A stretch of DNA of 45,707 nucleotides from Octopus bimaculoides (lineage: Eukaryota), in contig NC_068987.1 of NCBI RefSeq assembly GCF_001194135.2, forward strand, positions 6,753,952-6,799,658. The letters run 5' to 3'. The position numbers and the translations under genes were made by a program. This document shows positions 37,956 to 45,707 of the stretch, piece by piece. Below the pieces are notes generated by a model that worked only from the letters and a program-made list of their open reading frames with translations, was not told the DNA's origin and did not search any database. Every line of letters starts with the position of its first letter. The stretch's first letter is position 1.

Positions 37956-38252
37956 NNNNNNNNNNNNNNNNNNNNNNNNNNNNNNNNNNNNNNNNNNNNN
38001 NNNNNNNNNNNNNNNNNNNNNNNNNNNNNNNNNNNNNNNNNNNNNNNNNNNNNNNNNNNNNNNNNNNNNNNNNNNNNNNNNNNNNNNNNNNNNNNNNNNN
38101 NNNNNNNNNNNNNNNNNNNNNNNNNNNNNNNNNNNNNNNNNNNNNNNNNNNNNNNNNNNNNNNNNNNNNNNNNNNNNNNNNNNNNNNNNNNNNNNNNNNN
38201 NNNNNNNNNNNNNNNNNNNNNNNNNNNNNNNNNNNNNNNNNNNNNNNNNNNN
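37956..38252. other. Assembly gap (297 N) between (TA)n and (GA)n
   Basis: Run of n. Confidence 1.
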
Positions 38253-38315
<63 letters not shown>

Positions 38316-38867
38316 AAGCGTGTGTGTGTATTTTCTTATTGGTATGTGTGTATAGTGTATATCTAAAACTAGTTAAATGGATCACATAAACCGACGTTGA
38401 TTTACACAGTCCTGCTAAAAGTGCGAATTTATTTCGAATCAGTCTTAGTAATTTACATGAATTTACTTATGCAAATAAATATTTTTAGCCGTTACTATGA
38501 AAAAAAAAATCAATAAATTGATCATATATATGCGCTATAGCGACGTTACTGGTGCACTGCTCTTATGCCGGATTTGTAAAGTTTAATGCTTTGTATAGCA
38601 TTTTACTATATTTTCTGTTGTTTATTCCCAAGGGAATGATTAATGATTAAAGCAATGATTATCAAAATTACTACAGTAATGTTAATTAATTTGTTAGAAT
38701 GATTAAGGGATTATTCATGGTGATGACACTATTCTAATGATAGAAGTGTTTTGCCAATGTAATAAAGAGCATGACATAAATCTGTGACACAAGAACATCC
38801 GAAATGGCACGCTCTGTTCTCTAAATTTAGGTATAAACATATTGTCTCAGATGTTTTCATTTTTTTT

Positions 38868-39060
38868 TTTACTTGCGTCAGTCATTACACTGCAGCCATG
38901 CTGGAGCACTGCCTTGAAGAATTTTTTGTCGACTGAATCGATCGACCTGGTATTGCTTTTTAAAACGTAGGACTTATTCCGTCGGATCTCTTTAGCCGAA
39001 CTGCTAAGTTACGGGGATGTAAACACACTAACACCGGTTGTCAAGCGGTTGTGTGGTACG
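38868..39060 (-). mobile_element. SINE (second family) 3' part, interrupted by (CA)n
   Basis: tttacttgcgtcagtcattacactgcagccatgctggagcactgccttgaag...gccgaactgctaagttacggggatgtaaacacactaacaccggttgtcaagcgg. Confidence 0.7.
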
Positions 39061-39096
39061 AACACACACACACACGCACACCCACACACACACACA

Positions 39097-39171
<75 letters not shown>

Positions 39172-39172
39172 T

Positions 39173-39212
<40 letters not shown>
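39061..39212. repeat. Long imperfect (CA)n microsatellite
   Basis: Direct reading. Confidence 0.97.
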
Positions 39213-39214
<2 letters not shown>

Positions 39215-39229
39215 AAGTTTTGAATTTTG

Positions 39230-39297
39230 TTCATGGACCCTCAGTACTACCTTTGCGGACTACCAGGGATGCGCGACCCCCAGGTTGGGAACTACTG
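39230..39297. mobile_element. hAT-type (Charlie-like) MITE terminal fragment
   Basis: ccagggatgcgcgaccccaggttgggaactactg; reverse complement cagtagttcccaacctggggtc resembles the hAT/Charlie TIR start CAGTGGTTCCCAACC. Only one end seen. Confidence 0.5.
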
Positions 39298-40467
39298 TTC
39301 TAGTGTTTAATCGATCGTACTGACTATAGTACTTATTTCAATGTGCTACTGATTTTATCTAAATCTATCTATTGATCCGCTGTTTCATGGCACATTAAAT
39401 GACATTACACGAAAACACCGTGCAAGGAAAAAGTACAGAAAACACACGTACAATCCCCTCCCCCCACAAACATAAACACATTCATCCACATGATCGAGAT
39501 GATAATTACAATACTTAGAATATTGCAAAGCAAGCTGAAGGTGCACTAAATCATTATAAATAGGTCTACCCTGATTTGCATAAACGCAGTTATTTGTTTC
39601 CGATGCTTAAATTGGCGTGATTTTAGATCATGAGAGTTATATAATCTCTTCATGGACACAACATAGCGTCAATGACGAAATATAAAGGAGCCAAATTTCT
39701 TTTGATGTTTCCTACTCAATAGTATTCTATTGATTTAACTCCATAAAATTCAACAGTGCACACACAAAACAAATAAATTTCAACTTCTACACTTTTTATT
39801 ATTTGTTTTTCATATTTTTGAAGGTACAAAATAACAAGACATATACAAAATCATAATGGTTTAAAATTATGCAGTGTGAAGTTACTGCACTTATGTGATA
39901 CTTCTTAAGTGCATGTAGTTAAATATGCTAAATATTTTCCTAAGAATTTTGGAAACATTGAAATAACTTAGAATATATTTAGAATTCCTCTATCAAATTA
40001 TGATTAATTGAAGCTGTTATATTTTTACGGTGCTTATATTTACGCATGTACTTTTACGGTACTTATGGAATTGTAAGTGAGTGACAGAACTAAAATCCTA
40101 AGGTTTTCGCTACCTTTTCTTATTTTGTACTACCTGAGAAACAAATATTTTTATATATTTACATCAGTCTGGTAAAAGCACTGCATAGTAAACAGGCACC
40201 AGCGCGAAATAATCTTCTTACCGCACAAGCCAGAACTTCGTATACCGTTACATTCATTTCTTAGACAGAAGCTGAAAACAATCCTTGAGTTAGCTGAGTT
40301 TATATAACTTAAGATAACGATTTAGTTACAACAATGTTCAATGATTTATATTTTATCGTCTTTAAAATGATGTCAGTTCATATGCGATACACGTTCATGA
40401 CTTTAAAATATACAAAAGTCGATATTGATGTAGTAATTATTAAGATATTTATTATGTATATCTTCAC

Positions 40468-40658
40468 CTCATTGGGGCATTAGACAAAGGTTTTCTTTCT
40501 GACGAAGCACATATTGTAGGGAAAGGTAAATTAGAAGCCAGATATTCATGCACTACTAGAGCATGTAAAGCTGTATATCTTCAAGCGAAGACAGAAAGTG
40601 CCTTACAACACATTTCCGTAAGGAAATTGCTGTTTTCAATGCAACACTTGTCTCAAAG
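40468..40658 (-). pseudogene. Possible decayed EGF-like exon
   Basis: atctacag| ... |gtgaag; phase-1 frame includes *GTFCLRLKIYSFTCSSSA*ISGF, compared with EGF GTCxDxxxSFTCxCxxGxSG; several stops. Confidence 0.22.
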
Positions 40659-42036
40659 CTGTAGATAATATCAATATTTCTCGGTGAAATCGAGCGAATG
40701 AAAAAGCGTATTTTGAAAAATAAAGGTGAATTTTTTTCTTTGCTTGATTTAAGATTCAATACAGATTCTCGAGCGTAAACAAACGTAAACAAACAAAAGC
40801 AAATCTATCGGAACAACTGCTTATTTGTTCGTTTATAATATGACACTACAATGGTTAGGGATCGTGTACCCTTATTAATAGGATAAGCAGTGTGGGAGAA
40901 TATATTAAACACATCTCACTACAAAATGTTTAAAAAGCGCTTTTCACTGAAACTCATGTGAGTCTTGCAAAATTTTACTGCGTTTAGATTTTAAAGCACC
41001 TATGAGGCCATGATATTTGCAGATTATTTTAGTAAATGTTTTACAATCATTTTCCCATATTCAGTGCGTCATTATTCTTCTAGTAGTGCTGATGGTAAAC
41101 ATGAGATAAATTTTATTTTAGTGCTTGTGGATGACCGCAATGAATATTTATGACAGTCTTTAAAATACATTAATTTGTTTTGCTCTTGGGACGCATTTGG
41201 CTTTCACAATATGCTTAATGCACATTATGTGGGTTATTTAGAGACTGGTGTGGAAAAGTGGTGTTAATAGAGTTAGAAACTGGTGCTTCTAGTCCAGAAG
41301 AGTCTTTATAGACAGTAATTTGCTTTAAGCACGGACATATATTCTTCTTCCTAGCCATAATGAAAATGAATATTTCAGGCGAATAATAAGATAGCGCTTC
41401 AACTACTGTTTCTTTCCGCTAATACAAGAAAATGTAACGATAACGGCGGGAAAAGGCCACATTGTCTTGACGGCATGTAATCCGATACAAGCGCAGTTTG
41501 ATCTCACTGCAAAATTACTTCAGTAAATTTTTTGCCAAATTCTGAGACGTCAATGACAACCAAAAAAATCACTCGGCTCATCTCACCTACTATATTATTC
41601 AGCCATTTCGCATCGTTTGCACTACAACTATGAAGAGCTTCATACGCAAGAAATATTCAATATTATGACGTGTTTATGAATACTTTGCTCATTCGGAATT
41701 GAAACCACAGTTTCTCCTTATTGCCAAATTTATATTGAGTTCACTCAACCATTTTTACGTTGTAGTATTCATTTCACATGTCTCTAACACTGAAAAAAAT
41801 AATGATATTGCTCAAACTAAAACTCCATACCATCTAACTGAAATCAGCTGAGTCGCGTTTAAACGGAACTCTATGAAGAACTAAAATCTTTGCCCTTCGT
41901 TCTAGAAAAACGTTTGTGACGTTTTAGAGAAATCGTTCGATGCCATTATGCCCCCCTCTTTGCACTGTGATTAACTAGGCATCTCATGAAATATTATTTA
42001 TCATTCAGATTCCCATATCAACGAGACAATATTTAC

Positions 42037-42226
42037 TTGGATAGCTCTCTGAATACAAGTCTTTCCTAAATGGTTTAATGCTTCGGTGTTTAAACCGACA
42101 CCACAGTCTCGCCTAAAGATTTATTCCGATCTCGGAGATGGTGCTATATCTTTAGTATGAATTCTGGCTCCACTGAAGAGACAACTGTTTGGAACTGTCG
42201 TAATGTTGTTGTTACATTGATGATTA
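42037..42226 (-). pseudogene. Exon-like unit with EGF-like motifs and one stop
   Basis: ctctgcatttcag| ... |gtaaat; the 63-codon frame NHQCNNNITTVPNSCLFSGARIHTKDIAPSPRSE*IFRRDCGVGLNTEALNHLGKTCIQRAIQ contains HQC and CxxG...GKTCI, as in cbEGF. Confidence 0.3.
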
Positions 42227-42948
42227 CTGAAATGCAGAGAATTCGGTAAGACACAATAAAGGTATGCATAAATCTAGCGTGTATCACTGCTGCTTCACTT
42301 AAAATTCCTCATCTTCCTACAAAGATTCAGAAATCATCTTAGAGGATACACCTTTATCTCGTAATTATAAAAGAAATCACGAGCCCTTCACTTAGAATTC
42401 CTCATCTTTCTGCAAAGATCCGAAAATCAACTTACATACTGCATCTTTAAAGTGCCGCTGAATGTTACGAATTGTTATTTCTTGTCTAGTTATTTTGGAA
42501 TGCTCACGTTACAAGCAATCCTTTGCTTTACATACGGATGTATGTACTTATGCTGAACAATAGCGGCTCTGCTATTGTACGTATAGTGTGCTTTACTTAT
42601 TTTGCTTTTGTGAAATTTGAGTAAACCATAGAAATATTAGATTTACATTTAAAATTAGTTTTTGCCCTCTAGATAGATAAAACAAAATTAATTTTATATT
42701 TAGTATTCATCGCTTTATCACATTGTTTACTTGTGAATTTGTTAGCATTTTCAATTCAGAAGTGTTAAAGATTGATTTAATTCTTTGTTTATATAAGGCA
42801 CTATATAGGAAATTATAAATGTCACCAAAATTATTTTTATCATTGGGTGAAGATCATTAAATGTAGTTATAGATCCGAAATTGGGCGTGTTTTAAATTAA
42901 TTTCGTTTATTTGCGTTTGTTGGAGAAACATTGATTTTCTATCTTCTT

Positions 42949-42950
<2 letters not shown>

Positions 42951-43005
<55 letters not shown>
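42951..43005. repeat. (TA)n microsatellite
   Basis: Direct reading. Confidence 0.97.
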
Positions 43006-43012
<7 letters not shown>

Positions 43013-43048
43013 AGTATATGTGTATGTGTGTAATACAATATAAACGTA

Positions 43049-43237
43049 TTCTTTTTTACTCTAGGTACAAGGCCCGAAATTTTTAAGGAGGGGAGCCAGT
43101 CGATTAGATCGACCCCAGAACGCAACTGGTACTTTATTGACCCCGAAAGGCAAAGTCGACCTCGGCGGAATTTGGAGTCATAACGTAAAGACATACGAAA
43201 TACCGCTAAGCATTTCGCCCGGCGTGCTAACGTTTCT
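43049..43237 (-). mobile_element. tRNA-derived SINE (first family)
   Basis: ctaggtacaaggcccgaaattt...gcaactggtactttattgaccccgaaaggcaaagtcgacctcggcggaatttggagtcataacgtaaagac...gctaagcatttcgcccggcgtgctaacg. Confidence 0.88.
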
Positions 43238-45081
43238 TTTATAAAATACAAATATCACAAGTATAAAATACTCAGTAACGAATAAAGACCGTCGTCTGTA
43301 GATGGATAAGTTGTTAATAACTGTCGCCATATATCTTAATTTTTTCTTTAATTATTGCATATCTTGTAAACATTCATGTCTTTAAAACCCGGTATATTTC
43401 ATAAAAATAGTTTAAAGGATCACTTTTATTTTCTCGAAGGACGGTATTTGTTAAAATTGGACGTAGTCTGGATAAAGGGTCTTTCAGTCGACCCATTGTG
43501 ACTGTTAGAAATCAATATTTAATTGGATCGCTTGTGTTCAAATCCTTCCACAATCAGCTTCGCATTTTATCTTTTCATGATCAATAAAGTAAGTGCCATC
43601 AACTATAAAGATCAATACTGCTTCAAAATTTGAAGCCTCGTATCAAAGTTAGAAATCATTTTCCCCAGATGTTAGGAATATGCCTAGCATTGTAATGATT
43701 CGGCGATCCTTTGCTTAGAGCGTAAACTTTACTCAGTTGCTCTCTCGTTAGCATCGAGACTCTAGTTTATATAATTGTTCTTGTTACATATTACAAATGT
43801 GGATTGTGCTAAAAATTATTTTCAGAACACGAGTAATGAAATAAAGAGTTAGAAAGATTTATAATAATAATTGGGGAAATTAAATACGTTCCTTGCTATT
43901 GTTAAATATTTGAAATTTTAAAATATTATCTTGCATAAACACGAAGCCATACATTTGGGTCAGGGTTATAGTGAATTTTATCAACCCCAGTAGCTGAGTG
44001 ATACCTTGTTTTATTGAGCACAACAACATAAAGGGCAAGGTTACTTTCAACTTTTAGTTTGAGTGATGTTGCTGGTGTCTTCGCTGTTTATTGTGTTTAC
44101 ACAACAATATAATTTTTACCACATGTTTGCTCTTGTTTCTTAAGCTCATGGTCTTATGCATTGTAATTTGTGTATGAGCGCGATTATGTTTCGGCATTTT
44201 AATGAATTATTATTTTTGAAATGTTTATTTGTATTTATTTGCAAGTATTTGCGTGGAATTAGGCTGTTGGAATAAGACTACCTCAGAGCAAAACAGTTTA
44301 ACTCTATAAGCGAGGAGGGATTTCACTCAAAACCTTAGCGAGATATCTTTTGTCGTAGCAGAGCAGATATGTAATCTATATAATCATAAATGTTCCTGAA
44401 ATCGAATTATCTAGGGCTACAGGTTTCATTCACTTTTAAGACGACTATTGAATATATTAATCTAATTCAGTTCGATTGTCATAATTTTCTGTAGTTAGTG
44501 TTAGAATAATTTAAGTGTATTAGAAGTTTGATAATTGAAAGCTTTACTTAGGACTGACATATTCGTTTTACATATATCACGTCATATTTTGAGTGATGTG
44601 TTGTAAATGTAATCATCAACTCTCGGTTTTTGTTTTAGTTCTATTCAGTGAGCCCCTAGCAGAGAACAGTGTAACTCCAAACTATTCTTACCTACTGGTC
44701 TCTTTTAACTCCTAACCAAGACTTTCCTTTCATCTGTGTATGTTGTAATCTGGTTTGTTTATTAATTCTAACTATTGGCAAGTCTGCTTTGTTTAATATT
44801 CATATTTCAGTTTTTCAATAGTAAACGTTACAATAGAGTTCGGCTTCATTCTTCACATTCTGCTTATCTTTCTTTGCTAATCTCTATGTTTGGATAATTT
44901 TTCTTTTAATCTAGAAATATATTATCGTCTATTGGGACTAACGATGTCATTATGAGGCATTTTTTCACCTGGTACAATTTGATAATAATCTGCCAATATA
45001 CATCAGCATATCTCATAGGATGGTTCCTTTAAACTCCTCTGAACATCCATCTTTAATATTGTCATGTGATTATATACTTAC

Positions 45082-45222
45082 ATTGTACATTATATCCAAT
45101 GCTCCAAAAACACACAACTAGCATGGTTTCACCACACCACATTTGAATCAAAGAGGATATGAGCTCACACGCATCGTCTTTGAAAAACACCTCGAAAAAA
45201 GGCAGGCACACAATGTTACCTT
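45082..45222 (-). pseudogene. 141-nt symmetric phase-1 exon candidate, open frame with 4 Cys
   Basis: gcgatctag| ... |gtaagt (consensus donor). Open frame (E)GNIVCLPFFEVFFKDDACELISSLIQMWCGETMLVVCFWSIGYNVQ; size and phase are typical of one-domain extracellular exons, identity uncertain. Confidence 0.3.
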
Positions 45223-45666
45223 CTAGATCGCAATATCAGTAACTTGCGAATAAAAGAAGCTATCAAGTAAAAAAAAAAAGAAGCCAACATTTGACAACTG
45301 ACTAGAATTGAATCAATGCTAACGGAAACTATGAATACAATATCTCACAATACACCAACATATTTCTCCTTGCACATAAGTCACCACTGCAAGACAACCT
45401 CAAATTACTATATCTTTAAACAAGTGTTAATTCCATTATCACACACAAGCATCTTTCATGTTCTCTCTCTCTTACGTTCTTAAAGATTTACAAAGTAGAT
45501 TTTTAAGTCGAAATATCAGAACTAATTGAACAATTCTATGATAACATTGCAGTGCCTTTATTATTGTTTTTATATATCTAATGTTCTACCTGACTTGCTA
45601 TCACTTATAACATACGAAGTCACTTGCTCACTCTCTCCTTACTCTGTGTGTACATACAAATGCATG

Positions 45667-45707
<41 letters not shown>

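Noticed and set aside
35922-38385. Longest ORFs in the track (145-242 aa)
   Set aside because: They are open only because they run through N gaps.

Overview
AT-rich, microsatellite-dense animal genomic DNA with five N gaps. The interspersed tRNA-derived SINEs match from memory the abundant Octopus families, so a cephalopod (probably an Octopus draft assembly) is inferred. I can support no intact protein-coding gene; most ORFs in the track are microsatellite or N-gap artefacts. Clear features are about 15-20 SINE copies from at least three families, a decayed mariner (D,D34D) transposase (12.0-12.7 kb, minus strand), a 3' fragment of an RTE-clade LINE (18.8-19.15 kb), a possible Helitron/Helentron-type non-autonomous element (33.7-34.3 kb) and a hAT-type terminal repeat. 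The most interesting signal is one the ORF track does not show. Along the minus strand lie exon-like units, many with AG/GT boundaries, whose stop- and frameshift-interrupted translations resemble parts of single-pass cell-surface receptors: signal peptide, fucolectin/F5-8-like, EGF-like, FN3-like, an ~0.8 kb Ser/Thr-rich stalk and a transmembrane-like segment. This suggests two or more decayed tandem receptor genes. The domain calls are by eye and tentative. There are also inverted SINE pairs (potential ADAR substrates), a 105-bp foldback and a 201-bp duplication beside a gap (possibly an assembly artefact), and several small hairpins.
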